DNA of 57,534 nt. It comes from a virus. The translations under genes were made by a program, and so were the position numbers. The DNA lies in the IMG/VR virus record IMGVR_UViG_3300045988_071636, positions 1 through 57,534 of that record. One strand, written 5' to 3'. The first letter of the stretch is position 1, and every line of letters begins with the position of its first letter. The notes under the pieces were generated by a model. It ran no database searches and was not told where the DNA came from. It saw only the letters and a program-made list of their open reading frames with translations. Shown here piece after piece: positions 49,969 through 57,518 of the stretch.

Positions 49969-51603
49969 ATGGAAATTCGGGAGCTGGTGAAGAGGGCGTT
50001 CAAGCGTGACCTCTCCGACCCGTCTGCGTTATCTGATGCCTTTGACACGTTGCGGCTGCTAGAACCAGAAGATTTTACCTTGGCCCATGAGCGAAACAAG
50101 GAAGTACGTCGGCTGTCCGCAAGATTCGCCGCAGAACAAAAAAGCCTCCGTATGTTCGAGCTGAACAAGCGGAGTCTGCTGTTTGACGCGCCGTATGATT
50201 TTGACGCACACTGTCGGTATATTGAGTGGAACCGCGAACCTTCAAAGAGGTTCTACTTGCCCAGACGGAAGCAGTTATATAGGGTTGCAAAGGCGTTGCA
50301 ACGATTGGCAGATAATGAACTAGACTTGCTGGCGATTTCTCTTCCCCCTGGAGTGGGAAAGACCACATTGGCTCTGTTCTTTCTGACCTGGATTGGAGGG
50401 AGAAACCCAGAAAAGCCAATCCTGGGGGGGTCTCATTCGAACGCATTTTTGCGCGGAGTATATGACGAGTGTATTCGTATTATGGACCCGCAGGGGGATT
50501 ATCTTTGGTATAACGTGTTTCCGTCAGTCAAGGTGGTCAAGACCAACGCCCAGGATATGATGATTGACCTTGGAACAGACCCAAAGAGGGGAAAGCGCTT
50601 TGCAACATTGGAGTTCTCGTCTGTTGGGTCAGGAAATGCAGGTAAAGTCCGAGCTGAAAATCTGCTTTATTGTGACGATCTGGTTGATGGTCTGGAAAGC
50701 GCGCTCTCAAAGGAGCGCATGGACAAGCTCTGGAATCTGTATGCAACGGATTTACGGCAACGAAAAATTGGAGACTGCAAGGAGCTCCATATTGCGACTC
50801 GATGGTCGATCCACGATGTTATAGGACGATTGGAACAGTCCTACGAGAAAAGTGACCGAGCGGAGTTTATCGTCATGCCAGCACTAAACGAGAATGACGA
50901 AAGCAATTTTGACTATGGGAACCATGCTGGATTTACTACTGCGTTTTATCATGAGCAGAGAGAAGTAATGGATGATGCAAGCTGGCGGGCGCTTTACATG
51001 AATCAGCCCATTGAGCGCGAAGGGCAGCTCTACAATGAGGATGAGCTGCGCAGGTATTTTGAGCTTCCTGATGGGAAACCAGATGCAATCCTGTTTGTCT
51101 GCGATACGAAAGACAAGGGAACTGACTACTGCGTCATGCCAATTTGCTATCAGTACGGAAATGACTTCTATTGCGAAGACGTGGTATGTGACAACAGCAA
51201 TCCAGAGGTTGTAGAGGCGCGCTTAGTGTCGAAACTCCTTCAGCACAAGGCGCAAATGGGGCAGTTTGAGAGTAATAGTGCTGGTGGGAAAGTAGCAGAG
51301 AAAGTACAGAAAGATGTGAAAGAGGCTGGCGGTATAGCGAAAATCACCACAAAATATACGACACAGCAAAAGGAAACAAAAATCATAGTGAACTCGCCGT
51401 GGGTGAAAGACCATGTGCTGTTCAAAGACAACTCTGTCATAAAGAAGGACAAGGAATATCGAAGGATGCTCAACTTCCTTTGCGGGTATACGATGGCAGG
51501 TAAAAATAAGCATGATGATGTTCCTGATGCTTGGGCAATGTTTGCTGAGTATGTTCAGCAACTCGAAGGGAACAAAGTAGAGGTGTTCCGCCGTCCATTT
51601 TGA
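49969..51603 (+). CDS. terL: Terminase large subunit
   Basis: 544 aa. Walker A in LPPGVGKTT, Walker B-like LLYCDDLVD, nuclease half with ATRWSIHDVIGRL. Confidence 0.9.
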   Translation: MEIRELVKRAFKRDLSDPSALSDAFDTLRLLEPEDFTLAHERNKEVRRLSARFAAEQKSLRMFELNKRSLLFDAPYDFDAHCRYIEWNREPSKRFYLPRRKQLYRVAKALQRLADNELDLLAISLPPGVGKTTLALFFLTWIGGRNPEKPILGGSHSNAFLRGVYDECIRIMDPQGDYLWYNVFPSVKVVKTNAQDMMIDLGTDPKRGKRFATLEFSSVGSGNAGKVRAENLLYCDDLVDGLESALSKERMDKLWNLYATDLRQRKIGDCKELHIATRWSIHDVIGRLEQSYEKSDRAEFIVMPALNENDESNFDYGNHAGFTTAFYHEQREVMDDASWRALYMNQPIEREGQLYNEDELRRYFELPDGKPDAILFVCDTKDKGTDYCVMPICYQYGNDFYCEDVVCDNSNPEVVEARLVSKLLQHKAQMGQFESNSAGGKVAEKVQKDVKEAGGIAKITTKYTTQQKETKIIVNSPWVKDHVLFKDNSVIKKDKEYRRMLNFLCGYTMAGKNKHDDVPDAWAMFAEYVQQLEGNKVEVFRRPF

Positions 51604-51628
51604 AATACAAAATGTTGTGTATAACGAC

Positions 51629-51657
51629 TTGATTGATAATATATATTGTGGTATAAT
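51629..51657 (+). promoter_or_regulatory. Near-consensus extended -10 promoter in front of the tRNA/ncRNA island
   Basis: TTGATT 51629-51634, 17-nt spacer, TGgTATAAT (-10 at 51652-51657). Confidence 0.6.
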
Positions 51658-51660
51658 AAA

Positions 51661-51699
51661 GGCGGATAGATATTTGCCCATATCCGCCAGGTTTCTTTT
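51661..51699 (+). terminator. Hairpin plus T-rich tract after terL
   Basis: GGCGGATA 51661-51668 / TATCCGCC 51681-51688, then AGGTTTCTTTT. It begins only 4 nt after the -10 box, so its role relative to that promoter is unclear. Confidence 0.4.
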
Positions 51700-51762
51700 C
51701 CAACCTCCTTCACACGGACGGGGTGGCGGCGGTGCAGCCGCTGCCCCTACTGTGTGGAATAT

Positions 51763-51837
51763 GCCCTTGTAGCTCAATGGTGAGAGCGATACCCTGATTT
51801 GGTATAGTGGACGCCGGTTCGATTCCGGCCGAGGGCT
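51763..51837 (+). tRNA. tRNA-like gene with an atypical anticodon loop CUGAUUU (nominal anticodon GAU, Ile) and a 7-nt variable region
   Basis: Acceptor GCCCTTG/CGAGGGC. D arm GCTC-AATGGTGA-GAGC. Anticodon stem ATACC/GGTAT. T arm GCCGG-TTCGATT-CCGGC. No encoded CCA. Confidence 0.6.
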
Positions 51838-52126
51838 TGGTGACCCGCACTTTTTGCGGTAGCCAACTTATTAAACCGCTCCAAAGGCCACGGAGCTGAC
51901 TGTGGAAAGACACTACACCAGATTGCCGGAGCGTCTAGGCGCTGGGAAGAGTAAGACGCGAGCCGCCTGTCATGGGGGCGGAGCTAAAAAAGCGGTAGCA
52001 GCTATGACCTGCCCCGGCGCTATCCCGCTGAAAACTGCCGTGCGTACCATCCAGAGTTGTAGGTCAACTTTGGGCGCAGAAGGCGTGAGCATCTAAGCGG
52101 GAGAAGCGCACAAATAGGAGAAGAGT

Positions 52127-52279
52127 ATGAGGGTTACGAAGGAACTGGCGCGTGAGATTTGCCGGGAGTTGGGAATTGAGTGGGATGAGAACGCTTGTGA
52201 GCCCACACTACAGGGGGAATCCATTTCGGATATAGACATGGAAGAACTTTTTCACTTCTTTTCGCGCAGGAGAGGATAA
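52127..52279 (+). CDS. Hypothetical small protein (50 aa)
   Basis: TAGGAGAAG RBS then ATG 52127. Below the ORF-track cutoff. Confidence 0.4.
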   Translation: MRVTKELAREICRELGIEWDENACEPTLQGESISDIDMEELFHFFSRRRG

Positions 52280-52280
52280 A

Positions 52281-52436
52281 GTGCTGGAATTAGTCAAAAT
52301 TATTGCAGAATTTATCTGCCTTGTCCTCATGATTGTGAATGCTTACTTAGCGTTCAAAGCAAAGGATAAAGACGACCTGATTGGAATGGTTTGGAATTTG
52401 GCATTTATGATTCTTATGAGCACTTGTATTAAATAA
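52281..52436 (+). CDS. Small membrane protein (51 aa)
   Basis: AGGAGAGG RBS then GTG 52281. Two hydrophobic segments. Confidence 0.4.
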   Translation: MLELVKIIAEFICLVLMIVNAYLAFKAKDKDDLIGMVWNLAFMILMSTCIK

Positions 52437-52665
52437 GTGGGATGTGCAAAAAAGTTGCAAAATCCGCGGCCGAAAATAAGGCCATATAAATAGCATAACC
52501 ATTGCAACACAAGAGGTTTATGGTGGCCGGAAAAACTTTAGGATCGGCTCAAAAAGTTATATGCCGAGTGCTGTAGCAGAAGCGCCTGCGGCGGCCCGTT
52601 ACGTCGCGGACGTGTGGCGGCTCAATACCGCCTCTCGGCTCCAAAACTGAAACGGTGGTGAAAAT

Positions 52666-52845
52666 ATGCCAACCTATCGAAACGGCCGTATCTGCTTGAA
52701 TAGAAACGAAGCAAGAAGATTTTACAGGCAGACTATCCACCCATCTGAGGATACCGCAAGGCTGAGAGACAAATACCTGGACGAAATTGATAAAACGTTA
52801 GAAATCAAGCCGACAAGGGATGGTGTAGTCCTGAGCCGGAAGTGA
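52666..52845 (+). CDS. Hypothetical small protein (59 aa)
   Basis: GGTGGTG RBS then ATG 52666. Below the ORF-track cutoff. Confidence 0.4.
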   Translation: MPTYRNGRICLNRNEARRFYRQTIHPSEDTARLRDKYLDEIDKTLEIKPTRDGVVLSRK

Positions 52846-53408
52846 CATGATATGCCGCTCCTCGCCGCATGAGGCGGGCGGTGGCGCCAGATGTATGGCA
52901 CCACAGGTTAAAAGCAGACGGGCCTTCCTTGTGCGCTGTGCGAAAGCGGCAAGGTGAAGAAATTATTTTTGGCTGACCCCGGCCCTATAAAGATGAACGG
53001 TTCCGACTGACGACACCAGCGGAGGGGTTGAGATGTACCGTGATTGCTATACGATGAAACTGGCCTACCCCTGTGAGGCTGACGGATGTAGGTGTGGTTC
53101 CGGCTGTCTTAGGACAAGGCCGGATTGTAACAGGACGGCTGACGAAGATTCGTATAGTAATTGTGATGTGATACCGCATAGCGGATTACATACCATTGAG
53201 CGGTGGCGGAATAGACACTAATTGTGGTAAAACTGGTGCGATTACCAGCAATAGTAGACGCCGACAGTGAAGAAGGGTAACCGTCTGTGAAGAACAAAGC
53301 AACAGCGGCGAAGTCGTGGGCGTAGAGGTCTGGTGAGGTCAGCAATGATCAAACAGGCCCGCGGAAAGCCTGACCAAACCCGCAGCATACCCCGAAAGGG
53401 GTATATCT
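52846..53408 (+). ncRNA. Candidate large structured ncRNA (about 560 nt) abutting tRNA-Met; possible ROOL/GOLLD-class RNA
   Basis: No convincing ORF. Dense short GC hairpins, some with GNRA loops (for example 53387-53404 ATACCCC-GAAA-GGGGTAT; also 53099-53124, 53225-53247, 52927-52954). Phage context next to tRNAs. Confidence 0.4.
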
Positions 53409-53482
53409 GGACCATTGGCCCGATGGTCGGGCGGGCCCCTCATAAGGGCTTGGTCTTGGTTCGATTCCAAGATGGTCCACCA
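53409..53482 (+). tRNA. tRNA-Met (anticodon CAU; could also be an Ile2/lysidine type) with encoded CCA
   Basis: Acceptor GGACCAT/ATGGTCC. D arm GCCC-GATGGTC-GGGC. Anticodon arm GGCCC-CTCATAA-GGGCT. T arm CTTGG-TTCGATT-CCAAG. Ends A-CCA. Confidence 0.85.
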
Positions 53483-53508
53483 GAATTAGAAAGGAGTCGC
53501 CCAACTGA

Positions 53509-53676
53509 ATGAAGATTGACATTTATTGTCCGGTCTGTGCCGCTGCTGGCATCAATCATGGAAAAGGGCGGCTTTTGATGCAGGTGGATAGCAAAACAAC
53601 TGGTATAGTTTATCCATACTGTAAGGCTTGCAAGAAAAACATCAAGATTGAGTTAAAAGGCGATAAAAGCGCCTGA
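53509..53676 (+). CDS. Com-like zinc-ribbon protein (55 aa), candidate post-transcriptional regulator
   Basis: ATG 53509. IDIYCPVCAAAG...YPYCKACKKNIKIEL has two CxxC pairs spaced as in Mu Com-type zinc fingers. Below the ORF-track cutoff. Confidence 0.5.
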   Translation: MKIDIYCPVCAAAGINHGKGRLLMQVDSKTTGIVYPYCKACKKNIKIELKGDKSA

Positions 53677-53689
53677 GAATATATAGTTT

Positions 53690-53737
53690 AGTGCCAAGTG
53701 CCTCTGGGCAATGCCTGGACGAAGCGTGCCGAGTGCC
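53690..53737 (+). promoter_or_regulatory. Late-leader element D: GTGCC box pair before the portal gene
   Basis: AGTGCCAAGTGCCT at 53690-53703 and GTGCCGAGTGCC at 53726-53737. Confidence 0.6.
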
Positions 53738-53781
53738 GAGAGTAGACCTTATACGGGTCTGTTCTTGGCACTTTTTTGTTT
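53733..53781 (+). terminator. Strong intrinsic terminator whose 5' arm starts inside box D2
   Basis: 16-bp stem 53733-53748 / 53756-53771 (three G-U pairs), then TTTTTTGTTT. Confidence 0.75.
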
Positions 53782-53797
53782 GTCTGGAGGTGACAGA

Positions 53798-55273
53798 GTG
53801 ACTGAAAACTATACTGTTCGAGCTATATCCGAGTGGCCTGCTGAGGGTCTGACAGGGCGCAGAAAAATCTACACCGCAAAAAAGAAGGTTGCACCGGAAA
53901 ATGTGGTGGATGTGCTGGGCAAGGCACTGGCTGTGCATCGCATGAACATGGCAGAAATGTCCTATTTGTATGGCTATTACAAAGGGAAACAGGACATTCG
54001 CCTGAAAGATAAAATTGTCCGTCCTGAAATCAACAACAAAGTGATGATTAATCGGGCGAACGAGATTGTCACATTCAAGACAGCCTATCTACTGGACGGC
54101 CCTATCCGATATGTGTCCAATGGCGGAGAAGATGATGTTTCTGCCAGCGTGAACAAGCTCAATGAGTATATGCGCGCTGAGAGCAAGGACACGCTGGACA
54201 AGGAACTGGCGGACTGGATGCACATTTGCGGTGTTGCGGTACGCATGGTACTCCCTGACGAAGCCGGAGAGGAAGACGGGTCCCCCGCCTCGATCTATAC
54301 CATTGACCCGATGGCAGCGTTTTGCATCTACCACAGCGGCGTAGGCCAGAAAAAGGTTGCCGGTGTGCTGGAACAGGTGGACGAGGAGGGCCAGCCCTAC
54401 TTCTGCGTGTACACCACTGAGTGGTATTTCGAGGTGCAGAACAGAAAGATCACAAAGCAGGAAGCCCGCACCATCCCCTATATCCCCATTGTGGAGTATG
54501 TAAACAATGACGCCCGCATGGGTGCGTTTGAGCCGGTTATTCCCATTTTGAATGCCATCAATATGATTGAGTCCAATAGATTGGACAGTATTCAAGATTT
54601 CGTCAACGCTTTTGACGTGTTCCAAAACTGCGAGTTGGAGAACGGACAGTATAAGGAACTGGCAAAGGGCGGCATGGCAATCACCATCAAGAGCGTTCAG
54701 CCCGGCATGGAGGCCAAAGTATACCGCATTGCGTCTGAACTGAACCAGACCAATACGCAGACCATTGTGGACGATTTGGAGGACGCATATCTGACCATCT
54801 GCGGGATGCCAAACCGGAATGGAGGTTCCTCTACCAGTGATACCGGGCAGGCGGTCATTTACCGTGATGGGTGGTCTGCCGCTGAGAGCCGGGCCAAGGA
54901 CACGGAAAAGACCTGGGAGCGGTCGGAACGGGAGTTCCTGCGGCTGGTGCTGTATATTTGCCGGGAAACTGGCGATTTAGATTTGCAGCTATCCGACATT
55001 AAGCCGGAGTTCACCCGCAAGAACCTGTCCAATATCCAGTCCAAGGCGCAAGTGCTGGCGGAGATGCTGAACAACAGCAAGATTCATCCGAAGTTGGCGT
55101 TCCAGTACAGCGGGCTATTCAGCGACCCCGAATCTGCGTACCGTGTGAGTATGGATTGGTACGAGGAACAGCAACGCAAGATGGAGCGGAGTTTGAGAGA
55201 TGAACTGAATAAAAACAGGGACACAAATATAACTGCGGAGGAAAGAAACAATGATGTCTCCGTTTCGGAATGA
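53798..55273 (+). CDS. Portal protein (SPP1 gp6-like)
   Basis: GGAGGTG RBS then GTG 53798 (the ORF track ATG 53711 lies inside the terminator leader). About 491 aa. ...YLYGYYKGKQDI... typical N-terminal region. Confidence 0.85.
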   Translation: MTENYTVRAISEWPAEGLTGRRKIYTAKKKVAPENVVDVLGKALAVHRMNMAEMSYLYGYYKGKQDIRLKDKIVRPEINNKVMINRANEIVTFKTAYLLDGPIRYVSNGGEDDVSASVNKLNEYMRAESKDTLDKELADWMHICGVAVRMVLPDEAGEEDGSPASIYTIDPMAAFCIYHSGVGQKKVAGVLEQVDEEGQPYFCVYTTEWYFEVQNRKITKQEARTIPYIPIVEYVNNDARMGAFEPVIPILNAINMIESNRLDSIQDFVNAFDVFQNCELENGQYKELAKGGMAITIKSVQPGMEAKVYRIASELNQTNTQTIVDDLEDAYLTICGMPNRNGGSSTSDTGQAVIYRDGWSAAESRAKDTEKTWERSEREFLRLVLYICRETGDLDLQLSDIKPEFTRKNLSNIQSKAQVLAEMLNNSKIHPKLAFQYSGLFSDPESAYRVSMDWYEEQQRKMERSLRDELNKNRDTNITAEERNNDVSVSE

Positions 55274-55598
55274 CCCGTTCAGCATGGTATATCAAGCATT
55301 TCAGAGCCTTTATCCTGGAAAAGAGTGCGAGTGCTACTTTGAGCCTGACTTGAAAGCAGACGATGGAGACAAGGCGTATGGTCTCACAAATTTCTGCGAT
55401 GATGGAGAAATTCAAATTTTAGTAGACCCGAATGTGGACATTGAAAACGCAACAGAAATTTTTGCACACGAACTTGCACATGTAGCCGTTGGATATGACG
55501 CTAAACATGGCCCGGAATGGGATTCCGCTTTTGATGCAATTCTCGATGAATACAACCGCATAGGGGATGAACTGTTTGGAAAACAAAAACCATTATGA
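55251..55598 (+). CDS. Small HExxH zinc-metallopeptidase-like protein
   Basis: 115 aa. ATEIFAHELAHVAVGYD carries the HExxH motif. Located between the portal and minor head genes. Confidence 0.55.
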   Translation: MMSPFRNDPFSMVYQAFQSLYPGKECECYFEPDLKADDGDKAYGLTNFCDDGEIQILVDPNVDIENATEIFAHELAHVAVGYDAKHGPEWDSAFDAILDEYNRIGDELFGKQKPL

Positions 55599-56193
55599 CC
55601 TCACTGACAAAGCCATCGATATTTTGAACAGGAGGGCGGTCAAGCGGTTTGAGGACGCCAAAGATGAAGCGGCGCAGAGGGGATTTGATGAACTCAATGT
55701 GCTGGAAGTCACCCGGACGCTATATGACCAACTGCGCAAGGACAACCAAGATGTCTTTCTTGAACTGGCGCAAGAGCGGTATCAGGAGACCGAACCGCAC
55801 GGAAAGGAACCACCTGATTTAGCGTGGTTACTGGCATTGCTGGCGGCGTACAACGCTGTGACGAAATACCAGTATTCCCGCGAATGGGAGCGCAAGCGTG
55901 ACCGCACAGCGGAGGCTATTAACTCTACTACCGCAAAGGTCACAGAGTTCCGCCGTGGCCTTTCCTACTGGGCGCAGATGACGGAATGGTATGCGGTGGA
56001 AGTCACAGACCAATCCACGTTGAAAGCGTTCCGGGATAGCGGTGTGCGATATGTGAAATGGAACACCATGAATGACGGACGGGAGTGTTCCACTTGTAAG
56101 GAGCGTGATGGGAATATATATTCCATCCGTAGCATACCGCCCAAGCCCCACCCCGGTTGCCGGTGCTGGTATACACCGGCGGAGAAAAAGTGA
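55567..56193 (+). CDS. Minor head protein (SPP1 gp7 / Mu F-like head morphogenesis)
   Basis: ...WNTMNDGRECSTCKERDGNIYSIRSIPPKPHPGCRCWYTP is the Mu-F C-terminal signature. Confidence 0.75.
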   Translation: MNCLENKNHYDLTDKAIDILNRRAVKRFEDAKDEAAQRGFDELNVLEVTRTLYDQLRKDNQDVFLELAQERYQETEPHGKEPPDLAWLLALLAAYNAVTKYQYSREWERKRDRTAEAINSTTAKVTEFRRGLSYWAQMTEWYAVEVTDQSTLKAFRDSGVRYVKWNTMNDGRECSTCKERDGNIYSIRSIPPKPHPGCRCWYTPAEKK

Positions 56194-56233
56194 ATTTAGG
56201 CGGCCCAGCCGTTTGAATATGGGAGGAAAGAAT

Positions 56234-56476
56234 ATGGCAAGCCTTGATGGAACTCTGACAATTACAAACTCAGAATATCGGCCTTGCGTTGTGGACGGGA
56301 AAAAGGCAATGTTTCACAGATGGGAAAGCCTTTTAGAACATGGAATAAAGCAAACGGCTGCAATTATAGAGTACGAGGACGGAACCGTAGATGAAGTTCT
56401 TCCATATAAAATAAGATTTCTTGATAGCAAAGGCTTATTTGCCCAATACCCATTTGAAAATCCAAACGGGCAATAA
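56234..56476 (+). CDS. Hypothetical protein
   Basis: GGGAGGAAAG RBS then ATG 56234 (ORF track 56072..56476). 80 aa. Confidence 0.5.
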   Translation: MASLDGTLTITNSEYRPCVVDGKKAMFHRWESLLEHGIKQTAAIIEYEDGTVDEVLPYKIRFLDSKGLFAQYPFENPNGQ

Positions 56477-56594
56477 CCGTTGAATATGGCCCCAGAGAAG
56501 GGGCGGTATCAAATATCGCAGGCTCACAGAGAAGTGAGGATAATCAAACGCAAGAATAAGTCGGAGATGACTATAAGCGCAGAGGAGATTTTGT

Positions 56595-57167
56595 ATGCCT
56601 ACCATTGACACCAGTACGATTGAGGGCTTTGACAGTATGACTGCGGAGCAGAAGGTAGAGGCCCTTCTGAAAGCAGAAGTTCCCGAGAAGGTAGATTTGT
56701 CCCTGTATGTATCCAAAGACACCGCAGACAAGTATGCGACAGAGGCGGCGGAACTGAAAAAGCAGCTCAAATCCAAGATGACCAATGACGAAGCCGCCAA
56801 AGCTCAGGCTGACGCTGACCGAAAAGCGCTGGAGGACAAGTACACCGAACTGCTGCGGAAGTTCACCATTGCCGAGCATACCGCCCGCTACATCACCATG
56901 CCTGGTTATGACGAGAAGTTAGCCAGGGAAACGGCGGAGGCCTTGTTTGATGGCGATATGGAGCGAGTCTTTGCCAATCAGCAAAAGGCCAACGCCGCCT
57001 ATGAGAAGAAGCTACGGGCTGATTTGGTGAAGCAGGACCCTAAGCCTTCCGGTGCTGGTGGTGGAAGTGAGGAGAAGGACGAGGCCGTTGAGTTTGCCAA
57101 GAAGTTGGGAAAGCAGCGTGCGGACGCCCTCAAAAATGCAAACGAAGGTATGAAACACTATTTTTGA
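56595..57167 (+). CDS. Scaffolding protein
   Basis: 190 aa. Lys/Glu/Ala-rich helical protein. Position immediately before the decoration and capsid genes. Confidence 0.7.
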   Translation: MPTIDTSTIEGFDSMTAEQKVEALLKAEVPEKVDLSLYVSKDTADKYATEAAELKKQLKSKMTNDEAAKAQADADRKALEDKYTELLRKFTIAEHTARYITMPGYDEKLARETAEALFDGDMERVFANQQKANAAYEKKLRADLVKQDPKPSGAGGGSEEKDEAVEFAKKLGKQRADALKNANEGMKHYF

Positions 57168-57185
57168 TGAAAAGGAGAGAAACAG

Positions 57186-57518
57186 ATGAAGTTTACCAAG
57201 ACTTCTGTTGGCGGCACCATTGAGATTCTGGCCGCTGACGATTTTGTGGCGATCCCCATTTGTGTCACGGAAGCCGCTGCTGTCCCTGCCGGTATGCCCA
57301 TGACCGCTGCGGGCAAGAAGGTGGCCGCTACCTCTTATGCTACCGCTGTGGGTATGTTGCTGTATGATGTGGACCCGACCGAGAATCCCAATGGCGCTCT
57401 GCTGGTACAGGGAGTTGTGGACAAGAAGAAAGTCGAGTCCCATGCGAGCATTACGCTGGATGATACTTTTGCTGTGCCCGGTATCATTCTGCGTGACAAA
57501 ATTGGCGTGAACGAGTAA
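57186..57518 (+). CDS. Head decoration / cement protein-like
   Basis: 110 aa with AAAGGAGAG RBS. Located between scaffold and gpE-type capsid, as in lambda D-E. Gly/Ala/Val-rich beta-type sequence. Confidence 0.55.
   Translation: MKFTKTSVGGTIEILAADDFVAIPICVTEAAAVPAGMPMTAAGKKVAATSYATAVGMLLYDVDPTENPNGALLVQGVVDKKKVESHASITLDDTFAVPGIILRDKIGVNE

Noticed and set aside
51710-51913. 67-aa minus-strand ORF
   Set aside because: It overlaps the tRNA-like gene on the opposite strand and has no RBS.
53033-53221. 62-aa Cys-rich ORF inside the candidate ncRNA (GGAGGGG RBS-like sequence upstream)
   Set aside because: It is not firmly rejected. It is kept as an alternative explanation, but it is short, has odd composition, and sits in a hairpin-dense, otherwise ORF-free stretch. 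It needs conservation or ribosome-profiling data.
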